This document shows, in pieces, positions 53,321 through 63,482 of a stretch of 64,000 bases of DNA. The stretch spans positions 64,081-128,080 of the forward strand of contig JBILQQ010000002.1 of the NCBI GenBank assembly GCA_044373115.1. Reading direction: 5' to 3'. The translations under genes and the position numbers were made by a program. The stretch's first letter is position 1, and each line of letters begins with the position of its first letter. A model generated the notes under the pieces. The model saw only the letters and a list, made by a program, of their open reading frames with translations, made no database searches and was not told the origin of the DNA. This DNA comes from Flavobacterium sp. Lineage in GTDB: Bacteria > Bacteroidota > Bacteroidia > Flavobacteriales > Flavobacteriaceae.

Positions 53321-56056
53321 TTGGGCTCTAATAATTTTAGTTCATTTTTTACAAAAATAGTATTTAAACCTTTGCGCACAAACTTATTTTATATCGTTTT
53401 ATCAGTAATTTTCTTTAATATAGGAAATACGGCTTCTTTTGGTCAAAATACTGATCTTTTAAAAGAAAAAATTACCATTCAACCTCCTAGTTCCAAACCA
53501 TCTAAAGGAAAAGTAGTTACAACAACCAAACCAACCGAAGTTGAAACTACAAAGGAAATAAAAATTGATTCTGTAAAGAAAAAAGGAACAATTATGGAGG
53601 GTAAAGTAAAGTATAATGCCAAAAATTATGCTAAATTTGACAATAAAAAGCAGTTATTAACGCTTAAAGATAATGCTGAATTGTATTATTTAGATTATGA
53701 ATTGAAAGCGGGAATTATTGTAATGGATTATAAAAAAAATGAAGTATATGCAGGTAGATTAAAAGACTCTACAGGAAAATACATTCAATATCCAAACTTT
53801 AAACAAGGTAGTAATGTTGTAGAACCTGATTCTATTCGGTTTAATTTTAAAACTAAAAAAGCGATTGTTTGGAATTCAAGAACCGAGCAAGGCGAAATGC
53901 GTGTAAAAGCAGAAGTCACTAAAAAAGAGAATGATTCGGTGTATTTTATGAAAAATGCACGATTTACAACTGCCAAAAACGTAGATGATCCTGAATACTA
54001 TTTTATTACTTCATCTGCCAAAATGGTACCTGGAAAAAAAGTAGTTGTGGGACCTACAAATATGGTAATTGCTGGAGTTCCAACGCCCATTTATTTGCCG
54101 TTTGCCTTTTTTCCAATTACTGAAACTAGTCGTTCGGGACTTATTATTCCAAGCTACGGACAAAGTGACCAAAGAGGTTATTCACTTCAAAATGGAGGGT
54201 ATTATTTTGCTTTAAGCGAAAATTATGATTTAGCAGTTTTGGGCGATTACCACACAAATGGTAGTTATGCCATGCGATTTGAATCAAGCTATGCCAAACG
54301 ATATAAGTTTAATGGTAACATTAATGTTCGATTTGAAAATTTAATTAATGGCGAAAGAGGCTTTCCTGATTATTCCAAAAGTAAAATTTATAATATTCAA
54401 TGGTCGCACAGTCAAGATTCTAAATCAAATCCAAACTCTCGTTTTTCAGCTTCAGTCAATTTAGGAAGTAGCACTTATTTTACACAATCTATCAATCAAA
54501 TTAATTCAGGTGCACGATTAAATAATACTTTAAGCTCCTCTGTTTCATATTCAAAAACCTTTAAAACCGTACCACAAATTAACTTATCGCTTACAGCAAC
54601 CCACTCTCAAAATACACAAACTCAAAAAATTGACATGACTTTACCCACACTTCAGGCTAGTGTGGACAGAATATTTCCTTTTGCTCCAGGAGACGGTATC
54701 AAAAAAGGATTTTTCAAAAATATTAATTTTCAATACAACTTACGTGGCGAAAATAGAATTTCAACAACAGATTCTTTATTTTTTAAATCAGAAATGTTCA
54801 AAACTGCACAAACAGGGTTTCAACACAGTATTCCAATAAGCACAAATTTTAAAATTTTTAAGTTTTTCAGTGCTTCTACCTCTGTAAATTATAATGAAGT
54901 TTGGACTTTAAAAACAATCAGAAAAGACTACAGTTCAGCATCAAATAGTGTTGTAAATACTTCTATTAATGGTTTTGATGCTTTCAGAACCTATAGCTTT
55001 TCAAGCAGTGTTGGAACAACAATTTATGGTACATTTAATTTTGGTGACAACAAAAAAATAAAATCAATCCGACACGTAATGCGACCAAATATCTCGCATT
55101 CGTATGCGCCAAGTTTCAACAAATACTACGATACTTATGCCGCTGACGGTAGCGGAACCATGATTAAAGAATATACTCGATTTGAAGGCAACTCGTTTGG
55201 AACACCTGGAAATAGGTACTCCAACACAATTGGTTTTAGCATTAGCAACACTTTTGAAGCTAAAGTTAGAGATAACGATTCAACCAAAACCGAACCAAAA
55301 AAAATAATGCTACTCAACAACTTAAATATATCATCAGGGTACGATATTTCAGCAGACTCACTTCGCTGGGCACCAATGCGATTAAGCGGTGGAACCCAAT
55401 TATTCAAACAAAAACTGAACCTTAACTTTGCCGCAACCTTTGATCCGTATGCTTTAGATAGCAACGGTAGAAGAATAAATACCTTTAATATTGACAACGG
55501 CGGAAGTCTTTTCCGAATGACTAGCTCTAACATGACAATGAATTACGCTTTTGCCAGTACCGACAAAGAAGAAAAGAAAAAAAACAAACAAAGTAGCCGA
55601 AACGGAGGACGTGAAGATGATTTATTTGGAACAGCCACCGATTTTTCAGACCGACGTGAAAGCCAATTTACCGACGATGATAACGACGACAAATCAAGCA
55701 CCTCCGGTTTTTTTAACACAAAACTGCCCTGGAACATGAACTTGGCGTACTCACTAACGTACAGCAACACCAATCGCGAAAGCAAAATAACCAATAATTC
55801 AATAATGGTATCCGCCAATACCGACTTAACTCCAAGATGGAAGGTTGGCGTTTCTACAGGCTACGACTTTGTGCAACAAGGAGTTACCTACACCCAATTT
55901 CGATTTGAAAGAGATTTATTAAGTTGGCGAATCGATTTTAACTGGGTGCCTTTTGGCGAAAATGCCAATTGGGGATTTTTTATTGGAATAAAATCAGGAA
56001 TATTAAGCGATATCAAATACGACAAAGTAAACCAACCCAACAGAACAATAAACTAA
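53321..56056 (+). CDS. LptD-like outer-membrane LPS-assembly protein
   Basis: 911 aa, OstA-like N-terminal region, large beta-barrel; no in-frame ATG lies upstream of the signal-like segment, so a TTG start at 53321 is implied. Confidence 0.6.
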   Translation: MGSNNFSSFFTKIVFKPLRTNLFYIVLSVIFFNIGNTASFGQNTDLLKEKITIQPPSSKPSKGKVVTTTKPTEVETTKEIKIDSVKKKGTIMEGKVKYNAKNYAKFDNKKQLLTLKDNAELYYLDYELKAGIIVMDYKKNEVYAGRLKDSTGKYIQYPNFKQGSNVVEPDSIRFNFKTKKAIVWNSRTEQGEMRVKAEVTKKENDSVYFMKNARFTTAKNVDDPEYYFITSSAKMVPGKKVVVGPTNMVIAGVPTPIYLPFAFFPITETSRSGLIIPSYGQSDQRGYSLQNGGYYFALSENYDLAVLGDYHTNGSYAMRFESSYAKRYKFNGNINVRFENLINGERGFPDYSKSKIYNIQWSHSQDSKSNPNSRFSASVNLGSSTYFTQSINQINSGARLNNTLSSSVSYSKTFKTVPQINLSLTATHSQNTQTQKIDMTLPTLQASVDRIFPFAPGDGIKKGFFKNINFQYNLRGENRISTTDSLFFKSEMFKTAQTGFQHSIPISTNFKIFKFFSASTSVNYNEVWTLKTIRKDYSSASNSVVNTSINGFDAFRTYSFSSSVGTTIYGTFNFGDNKKIKSIRHVMRPNISHSYAPSFNKYYDTYAADGSGTMIKEYTRFEGNSFGTPGNRYSNTIGFSISNTFEAKVRDNDSTKTEPKKIMLLNNLNISSGYDISADSLRWAPMRLSGGTQLFKQKLNLNFAATFDPYALDSNGRRINTFNIDNGGSLFRMTSSNMTMNYAFASTDKEEKKKNKQSSRNGGREDDLFGTATDFSDRRESQFTDDDNDDKSSTSGFFNTKLPWNMNLAYSLTYSNTNRESKITNNSIMVSANTDLTPRWKVGVSTGYDFVQQGVTYTQFRFERDLLSWRIDFNWVPFGENANWGFFIGIKSGILSDIKYDKVNQPNRTIN

Positions 56057-56065
56057 ACATAAACC

Positions 56066-56449
56066 ATGAAAAAAATTATTTACACCGACAAAGCTCCAGC
56101 ACCAATTGGACCTTACAATCAAGCCATTTTGCACAACGGAATGCTATACACATCAGGGCAAATAGCCTTAAACCCAGCAAACATGGAACTTGTTATGGAC
56201 TCCATCGAAATTGAAACCAAACAAGTAATGGAAAACCTAAAAGCCGTGCTTGAAGCCGCTAACATGACCTTTGAAAACGTCATAAAATCAACCATTTTCA
56301 TCATGAACATGAACGATTTTGCCAAAATAAACAGTGTTTACGGAAGCTATTTCAACGAACAAACAGCCCCTGCACGAGAAACCGTTCAAGTGGCAACCTT
56401 ACCAAAAAATGTAAATATCGAAATATCAATGATTGCCTCCCTCGATTAA
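56066..56449 (+). CDS. ridA: RidA/YjgF family reactive-intermediate deaminase
   Basis: APAPIGPYNQA, PARETVQVA..LP. Confidence 0.9.
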   Translation: MKKIIYTDKAPAPIGPYNQAILHNGMLYTSGQIALNPANMELVMDSIEIETKQVMENLKAVLEAANMTFENVIKSTIFIMNMNDFAKINSVYGSYFNEQTAPARETVQVATLPKNVNIEISMIASLD

Positions 56450-56455
56450 TTTTAA

Positions 56456-56554
56456 GAAGCACACAAACTGGTTTCAATACAAAAATAGTCCCGCTATCGC
56501 CTTTATCTCCCTCGCCCTTCGGGACATCGGGAGGATATCGGCTCTATCGGGGCT
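56456..56554 (+). repeat. Structured intergenic repeat, family copy D (plus orientation, after the RidA stop)
   Basis: GAAGCACACAAACTGG...CCCGCTATCGCCTTTATCTCCC-[CCCTTCGGG core]-GGGAGGATATCGGCTCTATCGGGGCTAA. Confidence 0.65.
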
Positions 56555-56753
56555 AAATATGACAAGTAGTTTTTCAGAAGATATTTTGTTTAATGGCAAA
56601 GTTTATTAAGTTTACGACTTTTATAAATTTGTGAGTTTCGAAGTCAAAATTTTGTGTATGTGTGCCTTCACATTAATATGCAAAACATTTTTTATTTACT
56701 AGTTATAGACAATGCTAAAAAACAACACAAATATTTAATAATTTTTAAGATAT

Positions 56754-57191
56754 ATGAATTTTAAAAAAGGTTTTAATTACGGTTTGTATCTTTTTATTGC
56801 TTTTGTATTAACATACTTGACAATAATATTTTTTAATTTAAATATTGATGGACCTACAAATAGCAGCGAAAATCCACGAGTTTCTGTAGGAACCTTTTTT
56901 TTATTTTTACTTTATTGTGGTTCTTGGATTATGTTTTTTTTTGGTTTATTTGAATTAAAAAAATATATAAATGGAAAAAACAACTCAACAATAATTACAT
57001 TTATTTTTGGAAGCTTCTTTATTTATGGGATATTTCTATTGATAGTATTAGATTTTAAAAATATAAGAGATTTATTTTCCAGCCCATGTAATAAAATAAC
57101 TTTTTATATAATCTCATCTTTAATTATATTGATATTTAGCAGAACATCCTTTATAAAAAAGTTGCGTTTAAATCAAAAATTGAAAGAATAA
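56754..57191 (+). CDS. Polytopic membrane protein of unknown function
   Basis: 145 aa, four hydrophobic segments, very AT-rich. Confidence 0.45.
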   Translation: MNFKKGFNYGLYLFIAFVLTYLTIIFFNLNIDGPTNSSENPRVSVGTFFLFLLYCGSWIMFFFGLFELKKYINGKNNSTIITFIFGSFFIYGIFLLIVLDFKNIRDLFSSPCNKITFYIISSLIILIFSRTSFIKKLRLNQKLKE

Positions 57192-57256
57192 GATAAATAA
57201 TCTTAAATTTTAAGTGGAACATCAAAAAGTGAAAAGCACTTCTTATAATCTAGAAT

Positions 57257-57282
57257 AAAAAAAATCCGCCAAAACTGACGGA
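57257..57282 (-). terminator. Probable terminator downstream of the SIMPL gene
   Basis: Minus strand: TCCGtCA-gttt-TGgCGGA followed by T8. Confidence 0.45.
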
Positions 57283-57346
57283 GCAATTCATAATAATTTA
57301 ACCTTAATTGATATAAAAAATCTCAATTTTTTATTATCCAAATTGT

Positions 57347-58039
57347 CTATTCCAACAAAAAACTTACCGTTACATTACTTTGTACTTCCAACTCACCAAT
57401 TGCTAAAGTTTCACTTGGAGCATCCATTGCTGCAACAGCATCTACTTTATAACTAGCAGCTACAACTGGGTAAAAACCAGATTCCATTTCATTAATGCTG
57501 ATTACTTTTCCCACTTTTTGACCTGGTAATTCTGATATATAATCATTGGCTTTTTGTTTGGCATTTTTGATGGCTAATTTTCGAGCTTCAATTAAATAAC
57601 CCGCCATTTTTGATGACTTGAATTCGACATTATCGATTTGGTTTACTCCTACTTCAACAATGCCTTCCATTAAATCTTCGTATTTACTCAAATCTTTTAG
57701 TAAAATAGTAATGGTTTGGCTTGCTTCATATTCTTTCTTTTGTCTATCGGTATAATCATATCGTTGATTTAATGAAACTTGTTGGGTTGAATAATCGGTA
57801 GTAGGCAAATTCATTTTTTTAATAAATGATAACACTTTGTCAACGGACTTGTCATTGCCTTTCTTTACATCTGATGCGTTAGTGCCCGATGTTTCTACAG
57901 AAACGGAAATAAAAACTTGATCGGGAACAATTTTGATTTTCCCTTCGGCATTAACCGTAATTTGTGGAATTTGATTTTGAGCTGAAGCCAATTGAGTACA
58001 ACTAATGAAAACGGCAAGTACTAAAATGATTTTTTTCAT
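57347..58039 (-). CDS. SIMPL domain (DUF541) periplasmic protein
   Basis: Signal peptide; ITVNAEGKIKIVPD...VSVE pattern. Confidence 0.75.
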   Translation of the reverse strand: MKKIILVLAVFISCTQLASAQNQIPQITVNAEGKIKIVPDQVFISVSVETSGTNASDVKKGNDKSVDKVLSFIKKMNLPTTDYSTQQVSLNQRYDYTDRQKKEYEASQTITILLKDLSKYEDLMEGIVEVGVNQIDNVEFKSSKMAGYLIEARKLAIKNAKQKANDYISELPGQKVGKVISINEMESGFYPVVAASYKVDAVAAMDAPSETLAIGELEVQSNVTVSFLLE

Positions 58040-58085
58040 GATATTTTTTTTATTTATTTCAGTTTAAATTACAATAATAATGCCA

Positions 58086-58733
58086 TTATATTTTGCCTCT
58101 TTGTGCTAAAACAAACAAAAATACAATTGGAAATAGTAGTAAAACCACAATAAACGTGTTGGTTACAAACAAACTTGGCACTTTAAATAATGTAAATGCA
58201 AAACCTGCCAATGCCCCGCCAATGTGAGCCGTGTGACCAATATTATCGTTTTGAGCTTTCATGCCGTAAATAGAATAAAGCAAGTAAATAAACCCAAAAA
58301 TATACGCAGGAATTCCGATTGGGATAAAAAACAAAGAAATTGGCATGTACGGATACATTAATATGGCGCTATACAAAATTCCGGTTACAGCTCCTGAGGC
58401 TCCAACTGCTCTGTAGCCATAATTGTGTTTGTGAAAATAAAGCGTGAGCAAATTTCCTAAAAGCAAACTAGCAAAATAGGTGGTAATGAAAAAAAGATTT
58501 CCAAATGTTGAAATAATTACGCCCCCAAAAGAGTACAGTGCCAACATATTAAAAGCCAAGTGAGCAATATCTGCATGGAGGAAACCTGAGGTAATCATTC
58601 GTTTTTGGTCACCACCAAGGATGCTTCCCAAATGAAATTCGAAGGTTCTGAAAAAATTCATGTCTTCAAAGCCTTTCCAGCTCACTAATACATTGATTCC
58701 GATGACGACAATTAGCACTATATTTTCTTGCAT
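58086..58733 (-). CDS. Rhomboid family intramembrane serine protease
   Basis: GASGAVTG (catalytic Ser) and HIGGALAG (catalytic His). Confidence 0.85.
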   Translation of the reverse strand: MQENIVLIVVIGINVLVSWKGFEDMNFFRTFEFHLGSILGGDQKRMITSGFLHADIAHLAFNMLALYSFGGVIISTFGNLFFITTYFASLLLGNLLTLYFHKHNYGYRAVGASGAVTGILYSAILMYPYMPISLFFIPIGIPAYIFGFIYLLYSIYGMKAQNDNIGHTAHIGGALAGFAFTLFKVPSLFVTNTFIVVLLLFPIVFLFVLAQRGKI

Positions 58734-58767
58734 ATTACTGATTTTGTGTACTTACATTGGTGTTTTA

Positions 58768-58872
58768 ACCCTGATTGGAGTGGTATCCTTTGCCTTTTTT
58801 TTTCAAAAAAAGGCAAAGATATAACGGAAAGCAGGAATAGGGTTGATCGAAAAAGCCCAAGCCTTTTGTTTC
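58768..58872 (-). repeat. Structured intergenic repeat, family copy B
   Basis: Minus-strand reading GAAACAAAAGG...CCTGCTTTCCGTTATATC-[TTTGCCTTTTTTT/AAAAAAAGGCAAA stem]-GGATACCACTCCAATCAGGG; starts 11 nt after the glmM stop. Confidence 0.65.
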
Positions 58873-58883
58873 AAATAAAAAAA

Positions 58884-60272
58884 TTAAATACCCGCAATTT
58901 GTTTGATTTCAACGATGATTTTTTCGGCTAAATCATCGGCTAAATCTTGGGTTGCGGCTTCGGTGTAAATACGAATTATTGGTTCGGTGTTTGACTTGCG
59001 AAGGTGCACCCAATTTTCGGCAAAGTCAATTTTTACGCCATCAATCGTGGTTATTTTTTCGTTTTTATATTTTTGTTCCATGGCATTTAAAATAGCATCG
59101 ACATCAATTTGAGGAGTCAATTCTATCTTGTTTTTGCTCATAAAATACTGCGGATAACTCGCTCTGAGTTGCGCAACCGTAACGTCCAAATTGGCTAAAT
59201 GTGTTAAAAACAAAGCCACGCCCACCAAGCTATCGCGACCATAATGCGACTCTGGGTAAATGATTCCGCCGTTGCCTTCGCCGCCAATAATGGCGTTGGT
59301 GGCTTTCATCATTTCGACAACATTTACTTCTCCCACGGCACTTGCGGCATAATTTCCGTTATGCTTTTTGGTGATGTCGTGCAATGCGCGTGACGACGAC
59401 ATGTTGGAAACCGTATTGCCTGGCGTTTTGCTCAAAACATAATCGGCGCAGGCAACGAGGGTATATTCTTCGCCAAACATTTCGCCATCGTTAGAAATAA
59501 ACGCCAAACGATCAACGTCTGGATCAACTACGATTCCGAAATCGGCTTTTTCTTCCACAACAAGCTTACAAATATCGCCTAAATGTTCTTTTAAAGGCTC
59601 AGGATTGTGCGGAAAATGACCGTTTGGTTCGCAATATAATTTCACGACCTCTACGCCCATTTGCTCCAAAAGTTTAGGAATGATAATGCCTCCCGACGAA
59701 TTTACACCATCAACAACTACTTTAAATTTTCGTTTGGCAACAGCCTCTGCATCAACCAAAGGCAAATTTAAAACCTCGTCAATGTGAATGTCCATGTAGG
59801 CATCGTTGATGAATATTTCGCCTAGCGAATCAACATCTGAAAAATCAAATCGCTCTGATTCAGCTATTTCCAAAATAGTTTCGCCTTCTTTACCACTTAA
59901 AAATTCGCCTTTTTGGTTCAATAATTTAAGTGCATTCCATTGTTTTGGATTGTGCGAAGCGGTTAAAATAATTCCACCATCGGCTTGCTCCATAGGTACC
60001 GCAATTTCAACAGTTGGTGTGGTGGATAAACCTAAATCGATTACGTCAATGCCAAGACCGATGAGTGTATTCATAACTAAATTATGTATCATTGGTCCAG
60101 AAATTCGGGCATCACGACCTATAACCACTTTTAATTTTTGTTTGTTTGAATTTTGTTTTAGAAAAGAACCATAAGCTGAAGCAAATTTAACGGCATCAAC
60201 AGGTGTAAGGTTTTCGCCTACGTTACCGCCGATTGTACCTCTGATTCCAGAAATTGATTTTATTAATGTCAT
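58884..60272 (-). CDS. glmM: Phosphoglucosamine mutase
   Basis: 462 aa; GIRG start, active-site TASHNP, DPDVDR metal-binding loop. Confidence 0.85.
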   Translation of the reverse strand: MTLIKSISGIRGTIGGNVGENLTPVDAVKFASAYGSFLKQNSNKQKLKVVIGRDARISGPMIHNLVMNTLIGLGIDVIDLGLSTTPTVEIAVPMEQADGGIILTASHNPKQWNALKLLNQKGEFLSGKEGETILEIAESERFDFSDVDSLGEIFINDAYMDIHIDEVLNLPLVDAEAVAKRKFKVVVDGVNSSGGIIIPKLLEQMGVEVVKLYCEPNGHFPHNPEPLKEHLGDICKLVVEEKADFGIVVDPDVDRLAFISNDGEMFGEEYTLVACADYVLSKTPGNTVSNMSSSRALHDITKKHNGNYAASAVGEVNVVEMMKATNAIIGGEGNGGIIYPESHYGRDSLVGVALFLTHLANLDVTVAQLRASYPQYFMSKNKIELTPQIDVDAILNAMEQKYKNEKITTIDGVKIDFAENWVHLRKSNTEPIIRIYTEAATQDLADDLAEKIIVEIKQIAGI

Positions 60273-60348
60273 AAAAATAAATTTAGTTTTAAAAAATAAA
60301 GTACAAATATAGTGATTTGAATTACTATTTAATTCTTATTTTAGTCGA

Positions 60349-60933
60349 ATGAATTTTTTAGCACATATTTATTTATCTGGAGAAAACGATTTGTTGAAAA
60401 TTGGCAACTTTATGGCGGACAGCATTAGAGGAAAAGACTATTTAAACCATCAAGAGGGTATAAAAAATGGCATATTATTACATAGAGCAATTGATAGTTT
60501 TACCGATTTTCATCCCATTTATAGAAAAAGTAAACACCGATTGCACGAAAAATATGGACATTATTCGGGTGTGATTATGGACATTGTTTATGATTATTTT
60601 TTGGCTCACAACTGGCACAACTACCACACGCTGCCCCTACCCGATTTTGCTGCCAATTTTTACCAATTGATGCAAAAAAACGAACAATTACTTGCGCCAA
60701 AAGCAAAGGCAATGCTCCCGCACATGATGGAACATAATTGGTTGGTTTCGTATGCAACAAAAGAAGGTTTGCAAAAGATATTAATCATGATGGATTATAG
60801 AACTAAACATAGGTCATCCATGCATGAAGCTATTGTTGAATTGGAGTTGTTTTATATCGAATTTGAAACTGAATTTACTTTGTTTTTTGACGAATTACAG
60901 CAACATTGCAAACATTTTATAGAGACATTATGA
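60349..60933 (+). CDS. acpH: Acyl carrier protein phosphodiesterase
   Basis: MNFLAHIYLSG...GNFMAD N-terminus typical of AcpH. Confidence 0.75.
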   Translation: MNFLAHIYLSGENDLLKIGNFMADSIRGKDYLNHQEGIKNGILLHRAIDSFTDFHPIYRKSKHRLHEKYGHYSGVIMDIVYDYFLAHNWHNYHTLPLPDFAANFYQLMQKNEQLLAPKAKAMLPHMMEHNWLVSYATKEGLQKILIMMDYRTKHRSSMHEAIVELELFYIEFETEFTLFFDELQQHCKHFIETL

Positions 60934-61598
60934 CTTTTATTGAACAATTAGAATTGGAATTAAACATAAATAAAAATCCTGAAATGGCGCGTCCGATGGA
61001 AGAGTACATGAAACATAATTTTTCGTTTTTAGGCATAAAAGCCGAACCAAGACGTGCAATTATGAAAAAATGTTGTGAGCAGCATAAACAGGAAGTAGCT
61101 ACAAATTTTAGAACCATTTGCCAAAATTTATTTACAAAAAAAGAACGCGAATACCATTTGATTGCGATTGATATTATGATGAAAGAAATTAAAAACAATT
61201 ATATAATTGATGATATTTATCTGATTGAAAAAATGCTAGTTACAAATTCTTGGTGGGACAGTGTAGATGTACTTGCTAAATATTTGGTTGGAGGTTATTT
61301 AAACAAATATCCAGAAGAAAAATTAAAAATTATTGACCATTTTTCTTCAGCCGAATCGATGTGGTTGAACCGAACAGCAATCCTATTTCAGTTAAGTTAC
61401 AAGACCAAAACCGATTTTAATTTACTAAAATCAGAATGTGAAAAACATAAGAAATCAAATGAATTTTTTATTCAAAAAGCCATTGGATGGGCACTTAGAG
61501 AATATAGCAAATACAACCCAAAAGGAGTGATGGATTTTGTTTCAATTGCCAATTTAAAACCTTTAAGTGCAAGAGAAGCCATAAGAAATATAAAATAA
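60930..61598 (+). CDS. DNA alkylation repair protein (AlkD-like HEAT repeats)
   Basis: Start set to the ATGA overlap with the acpH stop; SWWDSVD and EFFIQKAIGWALREY blocks. Confidence 0.7.
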   Translation: MTFIEQLELELNINKNPEMARPMEEYMKHNFSFLGIKAEPRRAIMKKCCEQHKQEVATNFRTICQNLFTKKEREYHLIAIDIMMKEIKNNYIIDDIYLIEKMLVTNSWWDSVDVLAKYLVGGYLNKYPEEKLKIIDHFSSAESMWLNRTAILFQLSYKTKTDFNLLKSECEKHKKSNEFFIQKAIGWALREYSKYNPKGVMDFVSIANLKPLSAREAIRNIK

Positions 61599-61627
61599 AC
61601 TATCTTTGCAAAGCAATAAAAACCACA

Positions 61628-63448
61628 ATGCCTCAATCCAATTCTTTAACAATACAGTTATTTGTCAGAAAAATTCAACGTCACTTTGAGTCGATTGTAT
61701 TTTTGTGTAAACTTATTTTGTCTGAACGGAATTTCATTTATTTATCGGCTGTCTTGGTTGGTATTTCGTGTGCTTTTGCTGTAATTATTTTAAAAAGTTT
61801 TGCGCATAATGTTTTTGTTTTAGCCCAATACGTAAATGAGTATTTAAAATTTCCTTTTTTTACAATTCTATTACCCATTTTTGGGATTCTATTAACCTTA
61901 TTTGTGATCAATAAATTCCTAAATGGCTCTTTAGAAAAAGGAAGCTCCAAAATATTATATGCAGTTGCCAAAAAAGGCGGAATTTTGCCCAAAAAACAAA
62001 TGTATGCGCAAATTATTACAAGCTCATTAACCGTTGGCTTGGGCGGGTCGGCAGGACTTGAAAGCCCAATTACAATAACTGGAGCCGCATTTGGATCTAA
62101 TTTTGCACAAAAATATAGGCTTTCGCAAAAAGACCGAATATTATTACTTGCTTGTGGCGTATCTGCTGGGATTGGAGCTGCGTTTAATGCACCAATTGCA
62201 GGGGTTTTATTTGCTGTTGAAGTAATTTTGACCGACATTTCTATATCAGCATTTATACCCATTATTATTGCTGCGGCAACGGGAGCTTTGGTTTCAAAAG
62301 TAATCATCAGTCAAGAAATTTTATTGAGTTTTAATGGGGTTAAAGAATTTGATTATCACAACACACCCTATTATATTTTATTAGGAATTTTGGCGGGTTT
62401 GGTTTCGGTTTATCATGCACGAAATTTCAGAAAAGTAGAAGGTTTTTTCAGCCGATTGAAAATGGGAGTTTACAAAAAAGGCTTACTTGGTGCTAGTTTA
62501 TTAGCAGTTCTTATTTTCTTTTTCCCAACACTTTTTGGCGAAGGATATGAAAGTATTAAAACACTAACCACCGAAAACGCAACCGATTTACTTGACAAAA
62601 CAGTATTGAAAAATAGTTCAAACAAACAATGGTTATTACTGGCATTTGTTGGTATTACCGTTTTGTTAAAATCATTTGCAACTGGGCTCACACTAGGCAG
62701 CGGAGGTAACGGTGGCAACTTTGCTCCTTCCTTATTTGTGGGTTCGTATTTAGGTTTTTTTGTAGCAAAATCGGTAAATTTATTAAATTTTGGAAGTCAA
62801 TTACCCATCACCAATTTCACAATTGTTGGCATGGCGGGTATATTAAGCGGGTTATTCCATGCGCCATTAACTGCCATTTTCTTAATTGGTGAAATTACTG
62901 GGGGCTATGATTTAATGGTTCCTTTAATGATTGTTTCGTCCATAAGTTTTGCGGTGTCGAAACAGTTTGAGAAACATTCGATGGATGTAAAAAACCTTGC
63001 TGACAAAGGAGATGTTTTTACAAGTGACAAAGACAAAAATATATTGTTGAGCATTGATTTTTTAAAATTAATCGATACTAATTGCAAAACAATTACTGTT
63101 CAAAATTCGCTAGAACATTTAATTTCCGATTTAAAAATAAGAAACCAAATGATTTATCCTGTGCTTAATGAGAAACAACAACTCATTGGAGTCATTGATT
63201 TTAACACGATCCGAGCTGTGATTTTTAATACCTTTAGCATCAAATTTACTACCATTTCAGAAGTAATGACGCAACCGAAAGAAACCCTTGATTATCATGA
63301 AGGAATGGAATCAATTATGGAAAAATTTGACTCTTCAAAAGCCGATTTTTTACCGGTTATTAAACAAGGAACGTTTATTGGAATAGTCGCCAAAAAAGCT
63401 ATCCTTGAATCTTATCGCGAAAAGCTAAAACAAATGACAATTGAATAA
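61628..63448 (+). CDS. ClC family chloride channel/transporter with C-terminal CBS pair
   Basis: GLGGSAGLESP, GVLFAVE, GGNFAPS selectivity blocks; C-terminal CBS-like repeats. Confidence 0.9.
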   Translation: MPQSNSLTIQLFVRKIQRHFESIVFLCKLILSERNFIYLSAVLVGISCAFAVIILKSFAHNVFVLAQYVNEYLKFPFFTILLPIFGILLTLFVINKFLNGSLEKGSSKILYAVAKKGGILPKKQMYAQIITSSLTVGLGGSAGLESPITITGAAFGSNFAQKYRLSQKDRILLLACGVSAGIGAAFNAPIAGVLFAVEVILTDISISAFIPIIIAAATGALVSKVIISQEILLSFNGVKEFDYHNTPYYILLGILAGLVSVYHARNFRKVEGFFSRLKMGVYKKGLLGASLLAVLIFFFPTLFGEGYESIKTLTTENATDLLDKTVLKNSSNKQWLLLAFVGITVLLKSFATGLTLGSGGNGGNFAPSLFVGSYLGFFVAKSVNLLNFGSQLPITNFTIVGMAGILSGLFHAPLTAIFLIGEITGGYDLMVPLMIVSSISFAVSKQFEKHSMDVKNLADKGDVFTSDKDKNILLSIDFLKLIDTNCKTITVQNSLEHLISDLKIRNQMIYPVLNEKQQLIGVIDFNTIRAVIFNTFSIKFTTISEVMTQPKETLDYHEGMESIMEKFDSSKADFLPVIKQGTFIGIVAKKAILESYREKLKQMTIE

Positions 63449-63476
63449 AAAAAAGCGATTTCATTTCTGAAACCGC
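63447..63476 (-). terminator. Probable terminator for the convergent minus-strand gene
   Basis: GCGATTTCA-tttc-TGAAACCGC (one mismatch); the minus-strand reading is followed by a T8 run. Confidence 0.45.
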
Positions 63477-63482
63477 CTTAAT

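Noticed and set aside
61738-62307. 189-aa antisense ORF inside the ClC gene, plus similar antisense or alternate-frame ORFs (for example 55135-55533, 36882-37214, 44654-44983, 2300-2572, 28542-28838)
   Set aside because: All lie fully inside strongly supported genes on the opposite strand or in another frame. They have low-complexity or odd composition and no recognisable motifs.
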